DNA of 56,736 nt, the filler included, from Sphacelaria rigidula (taxonomy: Eukaryota), in assembly GCA_964200075.2 (NCBI GenBank). It is 6 parts of 6 records of this genome, joined end to end, with 100 filler letters (N's around TTAATTAATTAA, not from the genome) between each part and the next. Parts side by side here need not be neighbours in the genome. Positions count along the whole stretch, not along the records: positions 1 to 9,373 come from CAXNAA020008645.1; positions 9,474 to 18,846 come from CAXNAA020008646.1; 4 more parts are not named here. One strand, written 5' to 3'. Each line of letters starts with the position of its first letter. The first letter of the stretch is position 1. The translations under genes were made by a program, and so were the position numbers. Of this stretch, positions 1-13,043 are shown in pieces. The notes beneath the pieces are model-generated. The model ran no database searches, was not told the origin of the DNA, and was given only the letters and a program-made list of their open reading frames with translations.

Positions 1-692
1 CCCTCCTCCGTCTCGGAAGGGATGCGTGGTCAATGGTCAAACGACTAAGGCAAGCAACAAATGAGTACGCCCCCACCCCCCCCCCACCCCCGTATATTAC
101 TTAAGGGAACAACTCGTGGCTTCGGGTATTATTCAGGGACATGTGTTCGGACGTACGTACGCACTATACGTTCTTGATGTTCAGCTGCTGTGAATCATTT
201 CCAGGCGGGGATACTTCAAAACGTGCCCAACAACGGGTTTCCAGGATTTTTTCCCTTGTGGCTGAGCATATGCCAACGTTGCAGTAGATTTTTTTACCCG
301 GTGAAATGACACAATTAGAAATTTCCCGCCGTGATTTTTGTTTTGTTTTGGAGTGTTGATACGGATATTCTGATCTTTAGGCGAGCGCTTATCGGAGTCT
401 CTTAGAGGTATATCAAACTCGAGATTCCCGGTGTATTTCATTGCAATATACAGTGGAAGATACCGGGGACATCGTGTTTGAGATACCTACATTAACCCTT
501 CGACTGCAAGCGTTGCCTCGGAACGGTCACACCGCCGGACATTCCAGGAGACACCCGGGGCGGTTCCGGAGCGCGGGGCGTTTTTTTACAGAGGGATGGG
601 GGGCCTGTTCGCTAAACAGCCGAAAAGCTCAATAAGTCAACCATGCGTGTTCTGAAGCCCATGTGTGCGATGGTGCATCTGAGATCGTCTGA

Positions 693-874
693 GGCCGCGT
701 ATTAGCACATTAGTATTCGATCGAAATTGTGCGGTAGAAAACAAAAGTCCCGACCTGATGGGTCGTAATTTCAACCATCTTCAAGTTTTTCGACGATGGT
801 TGAAATTACGACCCATCAGATTGGGATTTCCACCACACATTTTCGATCGGAAACTAATGTGCTAAGACACGCCC
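693..874. mobile_element. Palindromic Tourist-like MITE
   Basis: Arms of about 80 bp (including ctgatgggtcgtaatttcaaccatc and its complement), TGA on both flanks. Confidence 0.75.
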
Positions 875-1841
875 TGAGGGGGGTCCGCAATCTCATAGTT
901 GATCAGTTGTCCAAAGATCGTTCGGAAAAAAGATGGTTTACAATGAATAACCTGCTTGAAGTCATGTCAGGAATATTTCTTGTCCGGATCGACGCGCAGA
1001 TAGATTTGAACACACATTTCACCTTGAGACAGCGAGCGTCGCCTCGGAACAGTTTCACAGACTGATAATCCAGGGACATCCGGGGGTTTTCAGGGGGCGA
1101 GGGGGGGGGGGGGATGTGTACTCATGATCATGCATGCCATAGTCATAAGACCATTGACCTCGCAGGGGGGGCGGCGGAAGGGAGGGTTGACGGTGAGTGG
1201 GGGCCTGTTCGCAGAACAGCCGAAAGCTCACTAAGTCATCAACCACGTGTGTTTGGAAGTTTCCCACGGAAAATTATAAGCCAGGAACTAGGCCCGAGAG
1301 GAGCGGAATGACCATCCTGACCAATCACCGCTGTCAAAATGGTCACTTTGTTCCCCTGCAGGTGGACTACTTCGCTGTCTAGCCGTAGTTCTCATTTTGG
1401 CCGTGGCAATTCAACCATAGATTACACGGGCACAAAGAGCGTGCTTTTCACTCTGCTTGTGGTGTATGCCGCTTACCTGACCCCTTATGTGTTGCCAGCG
1501 TATCTTCGCCCTGTCCGTTCCAGAAGACCAAATAGAGGCATTAGCAAGCATGCAGCAGATCGTGTTGAGTGGGGAGCGATAGCACGCTGACCGTTTTTTC
1601 GCCGTTGTATCCAGCGGAACCATACAGCACACATTCTGACTGCACACAAGAGACTGGAGGGTCAAAACCGGTCAGGGGTTCTCCGGGACTATTTTTTTAT
1701 ACAGATACCAAAGATCCACATGTTCATTGTAAAAAATAAGGCGTTTTGTGTAGCGAGAAAACAGCTGCTCTGGACCCCAAATGTGACGTATAGTCCATCC
1801 CAGTCCACCTCCGGCGGGGTCGCTGTCTTACGATTAAGGTT

Positions 1842-1953
1842 TTAACCCTTCGACGGCCAGAGTAGGTCACCTGTTGAATCGGCATCCATTACATTTTCAA
1901 AATTATGTACAATTCAGATCGACTACGACATACCCTCGCGGTCGAAGGGTTAT
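1842..1953 (+). mobile_element. Solo piggyBac-like MITE
   Basis: TTAA-CCCTTCGAC...GTCGAAGGG-TTAT. Same internal aggtcacctgttgaatcggcatc as the array and the copy near 13130-13217. Confidence 0.78.
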
Positions 1954-2239
1954 CAAGAATGCAACGGTTTCTGGAAGTGTCGTCGACAGTAGAATTTCCC
2001 CCCCCTTCGTCTACAATCTGCTGATACCGTAGTTGACACTGGACTTTATTTGAGTGCGAAGATAGAGATCAAGATCTTTAGTGAGGATGGCATTCCCGAG
2101 CGCACCTGCAGTAGCGTGCGCACCTACAGTAGCGTGCGCAGAAGGCGTTTTGGTTCATATATGCGGCACCAAGTAGAGGTCTGCCAACGCATGCTTTGCC
2201 TAAAGAGCCCTGTACACTCCCCTCGTTGTTCGAGGGTTC

Positions 2240-2740
2240 TACGGTTAAGACGAATCAAATCGTGATTCAACTCACGTTCATCATTTCAACGAATAAATCA
2301 TGCGATTCGTACATGATTCATAATTTATACAGGTTCTGAGCTCTTGAGTCGTGCAGTACACCGTCAACGGTACCTGTTTGCTACCTTCCGTTCATACGCG
2401 GTAAATCATGGGCACAGATTCATCCCCTGCAAAAAAGTGTGGAATGAATCAATCGATTGTAAATGTCACCCACACTTGATTTCATGGGGGCGTGAATGGC
2501 ATGTACATCTATGCCATGCGTGATTCGTGCGGGACGCAGAATCGGCACATGATTGGATCCTCTCATTTCATTGGCCTTGAATCAGGCGTACTTTTCTCCC
2601 ATCTGTAATGTGGTTGAGATGACTGCACTGCATATGTTATCCACCTTCGGGTTCATGCGGGACCAGCAGTCGACATATGGTTGAATCCTGTCATTTCATG
2701 GGGAGTCAACTCGTATGAACTCTGATTCGTCCTAACCGTG
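2240..2740. mobile_element. hAT-type MITE, second copy in opposite orientation
   Basis: Colinear reverse complement of 34114-34607. Degenerate 8-bp TSD gagggttc/aaggattc. Confidence 0.85.
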
Positions 2741-4004
2741 AAGGATTCTACTCTAGGGATACTGTAGGTTTGGGGTTAGGGTTAGTGCCAGTAGAAAGTC
2801 ACCACTCGGTAGAATGAGAACTGCGTTTGACTTTATAACGTTGAGCACTACGCTTCAGGAGGCGTTTTGTGTGTCCCTCGTGACAGCCCGCGACGAATTG
2901 ACCCGCTTCTCAGCGCGAGGGAGCTCTCAGAGCTGGGGCAGAAACGCGCGCACACACAACAAGATACTGCGGCGTTCCTGCTGCTGCTGGACCTGCTGCT
3001 GCTGGACCTGCTGGACCTGCTGAGTCGCTGTAGTCAATCAATTTGGGGGGCAATACCGAAGTATACGCTTATCTATACGGGCTGGGCCAACCGTAAAACT
3101 GACCCTACACTACCCCGCAAGCGAGTTCGTGTGCCGATTCCCCGGAGGCTCGCCTATTGTAGATCGCTTCGCGGCGGTCATGTGGGGTAGGCGCCTCGAC
3201 CGTTCGGATCGCTTTGCTCAATGCAGGGTGGGGGTCGAACTCAGTTACACCCTCTATTACCTTGGCGCAGTGCACGAGCCGTCCTACGCTGATGAGGTTC
3301 GACCCTAGACCTCCCTAATGAGCAGACGGATTTCTACGCTTTGGTTCGTTTCCACCGATGTCGTCCATATGAGGCGCTTCATGCAGCCTGAAACCAAACA
3401 TCAGGCGCTGTATGACCATGTTCTTTGTGACAGTTTTTGGCTGTTTTTTTGGGGAGGGGGCTATCGTAGAAAGTGTCATCACTACAGCCGGATCAGTAGA
3501 CACTACCCTGCAATACTAGGACGTTTAGTCAACACACCGTGCATGGATCTACTTGTATGATGCTGCAGTGTCTATCCCTCATCATTGAACATGATGATAT
3601 TGAGTGCGTCACCTTGTGGGTGCGACGGATAGATACACAGGGAAGTTACCGTCCTACCCACTACGCCGTAAACCACCGTCAGAGCTAGAACACCCGCATT
3701 TCCAACGATATGCATGCCATAATGTCATATTCCACCTTTCCGTCCGGTGCCCTGCAAGCAGTATTTGAAGACACCCACAATGAACAGTGTACCGCAGCAG
3801 ATCATGTTCCAAAGCGCCGTAGTAGCGTGCTCTCCACCAGAGGTTGTGTTTCATGCTCTCGTGCAGGAAAACGATGTATGGCACGCGGTTCCCGCTCAGA
3901 CGGTTGCGCGTTTCAGTTATAACGAGTCCGCCCACAGAAGCAAAAAAAAACCAACGTTTGGATGCGGCAGATGAAGTTTGGCCCGCGGGGTCCCTGCGGG
4001 CTAA

Positions 4005-4481
4005 GACCGACTCTAATGGGAGCTGTTCAAAACCATTCCTGTCTCAAAATGCCTTTTTGGCCCTTCTCCGTCGTTTTACGCCTGAAAAGAGGGCTGCGCG
4101 GACATTGACGCCTTTGGAAGGACTTGCTCTACTCATTGAGACCGTTCCAGGGCAACCTTGCATTTCCCGCTGACTGCATTTTTATTTTTTACCGAACACG
4201 GATTCTCAGTGGAAGAATATCCAACGATTAAAAGACAGGGAGGAATTTTGATAATCTGATCGTTTTTTACCAAAAATCCGTGTTTGACCTGGTTTGGCGA
4301 AGAACAAAAGTGCGGCCAGCGGGAAATGCAGAGTTGCCCTGGAACGGTCTTATCGAGTAGAGCAAGTCATTCCAAGGCGTCAGCATCCGCCTGACCCTCT
4401 TTTCGGGCGTAAATCGACGGAGAAGGGGTCCATAGAGCGGTTTTCAGCAAGAATTTTGAACGGCTCCCATTAGAGTCGGCC
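4005..4481. mobile_element. PIF/Harbinger (Tourist-like) MITE with long TIRs
   Basis: Ends GACCGACTCTAATGGGAGC...GCTCCCATTAGAGTCGGCC, flanked by TAA/TGA. Other copies at 47708-48182 and 26765-27185. Confidence 0.85.
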
Positions 4482-5425
4482 TGAGCTGGCGATATGGGGA
4501 TACACGCGCTTCGCCATCGACCAACACCCCACAGGACCGCCTGCGTGAAGTACGTCTTTTCCCCCTGAAAGTTCGTACTCACTCTCTTCTTCGTCTCCGT
4601 CAGCAGTCAGCAGTCAGTGCCATCGGCAAGGCAGAAGTCGGCTTTACTTCCAGCTTGGCTGTTGTCTAGTGTGGGAGAATACTCCGCTGTGGCATTGCCG
4701 GCGGCGGGTGCAGCACCTGCACCACGATCGACCGCGCCAGGCATGATGTCGAGCTACGTGTAACCCTGAGCGTTCTGCTCTGCTGTTGTGCCGTGTGTTT
4801 CGAGGTAACCAATTGAGCCACCGGGGCCACCGGCGCACCAGTGTAATCGATTGAACAGCACCTCCCAACACCCAGGGATCGTCTGTGCTTAGCACGGAGA
4901 GTTTGCTCTACCTGCGCTCTCCCTGGGGCCGATGGCGGTGGGTAACCTTTTCGTTTTGTCGACCTAGTCGCGCGATGTGCGAAGAAAACGCGCTGCATGC
5001 CGCAGCAAGGCCGAAATTGTCTGGCTGAAACATTTATGCACTCGCGGTCTGCTACGATACCTGGCGGTCCCGTGGAGGGTGACAATATTGTAGACAGACG
5101 AGACCTACAGGGGCAGGACGTCCGGGCGCGATAACAGAATACGCGTATTTATGTTTACACTCATGTAGTAGCATCGCGGCAAGCTAACATGGCTGAGAGA
5201 GAGGGCTGCGGTTCTCCCGCAGGCCGTGCCTGCCGCAGGCTCCGCAGTGAACAGTCGCGGATGGAAGCTGGGGTTTGTGGGAAGGGCAAGCTCACGAATG
5301 AGGTCCCATGCGTGTTGCTTGTATATGTGTGTGTCAACGTATGTGTGTTCGTCCTGGTCAGTCGGCTGTTGGAGGTTTATTAGTGGCGGGGAAAATTTCC
5401 GATAAGGACCTGGCCACATCATACA

Positions 5426-5427
<2 letters not shown>

Positions 5428-5477
<50 letters not shown>
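5428..5477 (+). repeat. (CA)n microsatellite
   Basis: Directly visible. Confidence 0.95.
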
Positions 5478-5481
<4 letters not shown>

Positions 5482-5560
5482 ACACCCCCCCCCCCCAACT
5501 AGGGCCGTCAATGGCCATGGTCAAATGACTATGGCATGCAAGATCATGAGTACACCCCCC

Positions 5561-5760
5561 ACTAGGGCCGAAACTCATAAGAGTAGGGCGGCGTGTCCGT
5601 TGCGACAGTTCGACGGGTGGTTTTTGTGGGTTCAACCCCCATACTGCCTTGAGCAGAGCTTTCCGCACGCTCGAGGCGCCTGCCCGACATGACTGTCGTG
5701 AGACGGTCTGGCCGAGCCTCTGGGTAATCGGCACACGAGCCCGCTTGCGGTGCAAGTTGT
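5561..5760 (-). repeat. ~200-bp interspersed repeat (family C)
   Basis: cgcaagcg.g.tcgtgtgccgatt.ccc...ggcgcctcga.cgt...ccctag. Copies at about 3110-3308 (+) and 51735-51865 (-). Confidence 0.8.
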
Positions 5761-6809
5761 AATCCAAATGCAAGATAATCAGTACGCTCCGGCCCCAACA
5801 ATCTTAGCAGGATGGAGCTCACACTTCATGCGACTCGCCGAACACAGCACGGCGCTTGGCGCTTGGCCGTTGGTTGCGAGCTTCCGACCAATCCTCGGCT
5901 TGTGCTGTAATTCGTCACCCCACATGATCCACAAAACCAGAAACATGACGTGTTTGTCTTTTGCGCATGGTCATCATCCACATTCCCTGTATCTTCTGTA
6001 GAAACGTCACTTTTGCTGAAGGGCCGGTACCCACGCACTTGGCACGCATGCGGGGCGATGAATTAGCGACCCAGCGCTCGTGGGAAGCATATGCCTACGC
6101 TACACACACAAAAAATTCCGGGTCCTGTTCAGGGTGACATCTCCACAGCGCTGCAGGGCACGCGGTGCGTGGAGCATGAAGCCCGCACTAGGGCTTCTCT
6201 GACCCATGGAAAGCCTAAATAAAAGTAGTTCCGATTTTTCCCGCAAGAAGTTCGGGGCAGGAAAATTTCAGGGCGAAGATCACGTGTGTGTATTTTTTTC
6301 GTGCTAGCTATTTAAATACTGCAAGGTGAGAGGGGTACATGTTTGTTCATAGAAGTGATTTCGCAACCTTGACGGTATTATACCGTGTCTCCTGCGTAAC
6401 GATACACGCATGCGCCATCGCTGACCATTCCAGCGACACCCACAGCTTTCCAGGGTAACATGAAAAAAAATCTCGCTCTTATTCTGCCTGGAAAAACAAA
6501 GATTCGCTTCGAATTTTGTTGCCAATTCTTTTCATCAGTCGAATGGATTGCACTGTACTTATACCCTACATTGTTCCCTGTCAGTCACACCCTCATGAAA
6601 ACGTTTTCAAGAGCAAAAGTGAAAACGCTTGGAAACGCGCATGATGCGGAAGAATAAGCATCGCAAGACACCCCCCCCCCCAAAAACAAAACAATACAAA
6701 ACAATACAGTCACGGCGGTAAGGAATGCTGCTCCGTACGCTCCCAGGCTTGGAAATACTACTTGCGATCATTCATTGCGTCCCCAGGCCTCACACTGATT
6801 TTTTTCTCT

Positions 6810-6821
6810 TCTGTGCCTGTC

Positions 6822-6852
<31 letters not shown>

Positions 6853-7023
6853 TTGTCTGTCTGTCTTTGTCTGTCTATATCTATGTATGTGCCTGTCTCT
6901 GTCTGTCTGTCTATCTGTCTTTGTCTGTCCATGTCTATGTCTGTGCCTGTCTCTCTCTCTGTTTGTCTGTCTCTGTCTCTCTGTCTGTCTCTCTGTCTGT
7001 CTCTGTCTGTCTGTCTATCTTTC

Positions 7024-7056
<33 letters not shown>

Positions 7057-7125
7057 ATCTCTCCCTGTCGCTCCCCCCCTGTCTCTGTCTCTGTCTCCGT
7101 CTCCGTCTCTGTCTTTGCCTCTCTC
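6810..7125 (+). repeat. Compound (TCTG/TC)n microsatellite
   Basis: Directly visible. It explains the spurious ORFs at 6725-7304. Confidence 0.95.
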
Positions 7126-7189
7126 TGATGTCTGTTGGGGCGCTGGAACGCTACTACACTCACTACTTGCGGCGGTGGTCGAGAGAAGC

Positions 7190-7351
7190 CTCCCGAGTTT
7201 CGACGGCCGATCCGGTGTTGCCGGTACTGCAGCTACCGCTGCTAAAGCGGAAGATGACAAAAAATCTGCGGCACTACTGGCTGCCCTGGAGGAGGTGTTC
7301 GTGAGCGCTCGCGGGAACGAAGATCGCGCCCAAGCTTTGGAGACGATGCAG
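7190..7351 (+). CDS. Candidate exon, unknown protein (5' boundary uncertain)
   Basis: Protein-like stretch ...AAKAEDDKKSAALLAALEEVFVSARGNEDRAQALETMQ followed by a GT donor, downstream of a long pyrimidine microsatellite. Confidence 0.4.
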
Positions 7352-8367
7352 GTGATGAGAGCAAGTGCGTGTAGGGCTGTGTGTTAGGGTAGTCGCCGAA
7401 GTTGCACGACCTACACCGGAGGATGCATTTTGTAATCAAATTCGTTTCAATACTATTTGCGGGATGTCTATCATCTGGTGTTCGTTCATCGGGGTAATGC
7501 ACGAACTCGTCGTCGAATACTGCGAAGGCGCGTTCGCCATCAGCCTACTGTAGCAGGATTTGCTCGGCCGCAGTGTGGTTATGTCGTAGGTGTCAAGCAA
7601 AGTGGATGGCAACATGAGGATAATAAAAACAAACGAGAGAGCAAAAAGGAACAAAATGAGCGCAAACAAGAGCAAGATGGAAAAAAAAAACTCGCACAAG
7701 CTATAGCTGTGGTGGGAGTGGGGTCGACATCTGCGTGTACGCTCGATTTTTACCTCCAATCCGTGGTGTTTGTCCACGGGCCCGTGGCCCAGAGATTGTT
7801 TATCTGTCGTCCCTGCGTTTTCCATGGTGGTGGGCTGATGACCCTTGCGTGCGCGGCACCCGGGGCCACACGAGTAGAAAGAAGGCTTCTGTGGTCACGT
7901 TGTCTTGCTCCGCTCCGCTCCGCTTCGTTCATTGTTGTTGCTATATTTTCGTTTTTGCTGTTAAATTGGCGACGAATGCGGTGTGCATTTGCACGTGTGT
8001 GCCGTTTTCATGAAGGGGGGCCAACGACAGTCGTTCAAAGATGTAAGTTGTCTTGTTTTTTTTTTCGGGAGGAGAGAGGGGGGGATGAAGCACCCGCCCC
8101 CGCCCCCGCCCCCCCCCGAAAAAAAAGTCCTGCGGGATAGCGACCTAGTGTGAGAAGTACAAATAGAATAGAATTGAAAGGGCGCAGGAGTGACGGTCGA
8201 ACCAGCACGCAATCTCGAGAGAGGGAGCATGAGGTGTGATACGTGCGCCTCTGATATTTGCTTTGCCTCGGCCATGGTAATGAAAATCCCGACGACCCCC
8301 GGCGCTACCCGTGTGTGCTCATCTGATTCACCCGATAGTACGCTCGATCTTTTAGCGATACGGGGTG

Positions 8368-8401
<34 letters not shown>

Positions 8402-9373
8402 TCATGATCTTGCATGCCGTCGTCACATGACCATCAACCTCGCATCCCAACGAAGCCGGGGCGGAGCACGCCGGGTTATCGGTGGACCAGGGGCAGGGGG
8501 GGGGAGAGGTGTACTCATTTGTCGCGTGCCTTAGTCAGGGTGTGTATGTGTGTGGGCGTATTCATTTGTTGCGTGCTTTAGTCATTTGACAATTGACCAC
8601 GCATCCCTTTCAAGCCGAAACACTTGAGTCAGGGAGGGGAAGGAGGGGGGGGGGGGGGCAGACTGTTTCACGAACGTTCCTGAAAACAACTGCAACCCGG
8701 CATGATGATCTGCCTAGTATCTCCGGTAAGGCATGGACAATGAGCTTGAACAACCCAGCCTTGTGTTCGACAACATGGTCATACACCACTCGTCGATACG
8801 TTTTAGCAGACGTATGGCGATACTTTCAGGTTTAAACTTGTCTCCACTGCACGAGCCAAGCGTAAACGATTCTGTGGAATTGTCTCTTTGAGCTAGTATT
8901 ACACGTGTTTGAGAGCGATTGGTTGTATTGTATTCCTCAACAACGATATAAAGAAAACAGCATATTTCGCTGTTACCGCGGCAGAGCACCCCGGTGTTTT
9001 AGTGGTACAACCGCCGCCATCAGGGTGGAAAGGATGCGGGTTTGATTCCTAGCAGGAGTCTTTCTACAATACCTCCCCCCCGCCCTCCCCCAAAACCACG
9101 AAGAAAATGGTCACATAGCGAGCGCCTGATGCTTGGTTCCAGGCTGCATGAAGCGCTTCCTGTGGGCGACATTGGCTATAACGACCCCTAAGCGTGGGAA
9201 TTCCCAGCTGCTTGTTGTGCTCGGCTTTTTTCATTTCGATTTACGTGTAGATTTTCTTGACTCCCCAAACCGACCACTTTGTTTTTGGGAGGGAGGGAGG
9301 GGAGGGGGGGGGGGGGGGGGGGGGGGTGACTGATCATGCCGGCAATAGCCAAAAAACCACAAACCCCGCAACC

Positions 9374-9473
9374 NNNNNNNNNNNNNNNNNNNNNNNNNNN
9401 NNNNNNNNNNNNNNNNNTTAATTAATTAANNNNNNNNNNNNNNNNNNNNNNNNNNNNNNNNNNNNNNNNNNNN
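9374..9473. other. Artificial contig linker (N44-TTAATTAATTAA-N44); also at 18847-18946, 28320-28419, 37793-37892 and 47265-47364
   Basis: Identical 100-bp spacer with stop codons in all six frames. Confidence 0.98.
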
Positions 9474-10639
9474 ATTCGTACTGGGCATCTGATGCGGACG
9501 CCTTCAGTGGTCACAAGCTGGCAAAAAATACAAAAAAACAAAATAGACCCAGATTAAAAACTCACAAAACGCGATACAAGCAAAAAAAGCAAAACAGGAG
9601 ATGAGGGAGGTAGAATACTCTCTACATATATATGGTAATAATAGTAGAGAGTATTACGAAGTGAAAAAATGTCGAAATCTATGATTACGAGGCCTAACGC
9701 ACGGCCACAAAATGATAACAGTTGCTGTCAGTATGACAACACCACGCACAGCGGCGATATTTTATGTTTGATAGTATGCGCACCCCCCCCCCCCCCCTCC
9801 CTCCCCCCCCTCCGACTGGCCTACATTATTACGACTACTAATAACCTCGATAATTGCCGTTGCAGCTCTCCGCCCGCCTTTTCCCCCGTATCTCGGTGTC
9901 CGCATGACCTTCGACCAACTGAAGGACACCTATTAAAAAATATAGAGTCTTCCTAACACGCCATAGTAAACGAATATATAACCCTACTATCCATGGTCTG
10001 CCGACCCCCGATCATGTCTGCCGACCCCCACCGTGTCTGCCGACCCCACCGTGTCTTTGGCTTGGTCGACCGTTTATGTTTTTTGCTCATGCAAATTATT
10101 TTCATGCAGAACAAACGGCAGAACATCAGCATAACGGTATAGAGGTATACCGAGTTTTCATCGACAGGGTCTTCCTCCAAACACGGTATAAGCAGTTTTT
10201 TGCCAACGGGATTTTTTGCGCGCTCTCTCAGACGGACAGTCCAGCACAGGCAGTGCCTACCGTATCACTTGGGAACCTTTTACACAACTCATCACACGCA
10301 ACCGACAGACACAAGGAAGCACGAGAAACATAAACCCACAGCAGGAGCAGGAGCAGCAGGAGAAGCATCAGCAGCATCAGGCGCAGGTACAGCAATAATA
10401 TTCTGTGCTTCGGCAGCAAGATCTGGAGAGTTGTAGTTTTTTGAAGTTTTCTGTACAAGAAGCCAACGAAAGAGGAGATTACGGAGGGCTCTTCACAGCA
10501 ACTTTAGCACTCGCTCCAGCACACCTCGAACATACATCACCACAGAGTCAAATTGAACACAACCCAAGTAGGCAGGGGTTGTGTGCGACACTAGCAGCAG
10601 CAGCGGCAGCACCCCCCCCCCTACCCACACGCGTTCAAG

Positions 10640-11383
10640 ATGCAAACACGACGACACGCAGCTGACCAAGAGAACACCGGCTTCTCGGCAACGTTGTGTG
10701 AAAACGCGGCCGCGAGCAAGCCCTCAGGCCTCAGCAACAAAAATCACAGCAACGGTGTCAGCACAAGGCGGGTTGGGTTGGGTGGGGTGGGCGGGAAGGC
10801 ATCAGCGACGCAGTCCACCACCGGGATGCAAACCCGCCGCGGGCTGAAGGACATAACCAACAAGACAGAAGCAGGGGGAGGGGGAGGAGGAGCCACGGGC
10901 AAAGCCAACGGCAAGAAGCCCGGCGCGCGCGTGGCCAGCGCGAGCGTTGGTAGCGCGGACACGGGTGTAGCGGCACCCGCTGCGGGAGTTAATGTAAATT
11001 TGTCATCAGCATCAAGCAATTCGGCCGTTGCTGTTATCGCACCCGGCCCATCGTCGGTTGCGGCGGCTGCAACGACGAGCACCGCCGTCCAGCAACGCCC
11101 GATCCGTACGGCCGTGAGAACAGCGACGGACATCGATCTACGAGACGCCGATGAGCCGCTTGCGGTGACGGAGTACGTGGAAGACCTGTACGCGTTTCTG
11201 AGGGAGAGGGAGATGGCGACCAAAGTAGATCGGGGATATATGGAGAGGCAGCCAAACGTGAACGAGAGGATGCGATCAATCCTCATTGACTGGTTGGTCG
11301 AGGTACACCTCAAGTTTAAGCTCGTGCCCGACACGTTGTATCTGACGGTGTATCTGATCGACAAGTACTTGGAGCTTGAGGAG
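10640..11383 (+). CDS. CYCB: B-type mitotic cyclin, exon 1 of 4 (spliced protein 430 aa)
   Basis: ATG at 10640. D-box RRGLKDITN (10835-10861) and cyclin-box start MRSILIDWLVEVHLKFKL. GT donor at 11384, phase 0. Confidence 0.93.
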
Positions 11384-12824
11384 GTGAGATGTTTCATGAT
11401 GTCGCCCTCTGTGTCCGTGTTCTATCACTTCTCTGCAGCTTTCCCGAGGCCTTGCCCCTCATAAATTGTGGTCACATCAAACACGTAATTTTTTCAGCCC
11501 CGATTTTCTCCTCTTGCTGTTTCTGTATGTTGCTCTCAAGTTACTTCCAGCAGGTGAAGAACTTGTTCCCCCCTGTGCAAATTGGGCTTTGACTGTGCGG
11601 AAAAGATCATGGTTGGATGCTATGACTTGCGTATGAACTGTTTTTTGTGAGAGTTGGAGTTCTTACGCAGGAGTCAGAGCCGACGCTCTACTCTCGACTC
11701 ATGATGGTTCGATCGTGTATTACATCCCGGACTTTTCACCTGTTGCCGTTTACACGGCTGTCCTCATGAGAAAACGAGTGCCCATTTTTTTGCGTGATTT
11801 TTGCTTGCCACAAAACGCTGTCCTTCGTACAACAAGACTCTCTGAAAAAAACTACGGTGTTTTGTTACCCGTTTACAGAGCCTGCCGTGGGATGGATAGC
11901 GTGTTCACCCGCGGGGCCTCGAAAAAATGCGAACTGTATATTGGCTGCATGCAAGCACCGCACTTGCAGCAACTATATGCGTTGGATGCGGGCGGGTGTA
12001 CGAAGTCAGCTGGGCAGCCAGAGAGCGAGCCACCGTTGGGCCTCTTGTTGCTTGCCGTTAGCTGTTTCGCGTCAGCATCCCATTCAGCAACCGTTAGATG
12101 CATACTTTTTTTTTCGCGCCCACCCATGGTGAATCCTGTCTACGCGTTCGATTCTGCCCGAGTGCAAGAACACCCAACGCAACGGCTGCTGCGCGCGTTC
12201 CTGTATGCCTCTGGTGTTTGATTGACCGCTCGTCTCGGAGTGAAGTAAACATGACCTTGCGTGCACTGGACACATGATCAATGTGCCCGCTGGCTGTGTC
12301 AGCGTTTTCGTCCCGTGGTATTTCTGTCGTGTCCTGACATTTGAAGGAGTTGGGTGAAGTACCGCGTGTGTTGCTTTGTTCGGCCTGGACATTTCCATTT
12401 CCTCAGTAGTGAACATTACAGACCACAGTACAGTACAGTCAGTGAAGGCGTGAACATACCTTTTCGGGACTGTACAGTAGCACGGTGATTCGAGCGAGTC
12501 CTTCGAAGTTCCCCTCCTGTGTCTCCCCGCTGCCCGCTCCTGATGCAGCTGTGTCTTTCGCACCACACGACCCAAGACTATATCTTGGTGATCAAGCCTG
12601 AGTACAGAGCCATGACGACTGCTCTGCAGTAGTGGATACTGCGGCGCGTACGTTGCACGCACTCAACTCACCCCAAATCTAGCATGATAGTTTCCCCGAC
12701 TAAACTAGTCCGAACACACTGGGGTCTGGCGTATTCATGTGCGTTGAGTTGCGCCTCTATCCATGCTCCACCGTGACCTCGTCGCCGTTTCCCGCCCAAA
12801 ATCCCAACCCTTACGCACGATCAG

Positions 12825-13043
12825 GTAACGCGTCAAAACTTGCAGCTAGTAGGCGTAACGGCAATGCTCCTGGCGTCCAAGTATGAGGAGATATATCCTC
12901 CGGAAATCCGGGACCTGGTGTTCATCACAGACCGCGCGTACAACAAGGAGCAGATCCTACAGATGGAATCCACCATGGCGAACGCGCTGGAGTTCCGGCT
13001 CACGGTACCCACCATCTACTGCTTTTTACTTCGATACCTCAAG
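12825..13043 (+). CDS. CYCB: B-type cyclin, exon 2
   Basis: AG/GT bounded, 73 codons: [39 protein letters not shown]...FLLRYLK (cyclin N-box). Confidence 0.95.

Noticed and set aside
3288-3310. CTGATGAG hammerhead core
   Set aside because: No downstream GAAA/stem II, and the motif is not conserved in the 5561-5760 copy.
181-5900. Several possible small plus-strand exons (near 185-300, 1362-1500, 5223-5302 and 5811-5897)
   Set aside because: Splice-like boundaries exist, but no consistent frame or recognisable protein could be assembled.
6725-7304. Long ORFs (220, 180 and 131 aa)
   Set aside because: Mostly translation of a microsatellite.
9418-9429. TTAATTAATTAA as a biological motif
   Set aside because: Artificial six-frame-stop linker inside the N runs.
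10744-11397. 217-aa minus-strand ORF
   Set aside because: Shadow of the GC-rich cyclin exon 1.
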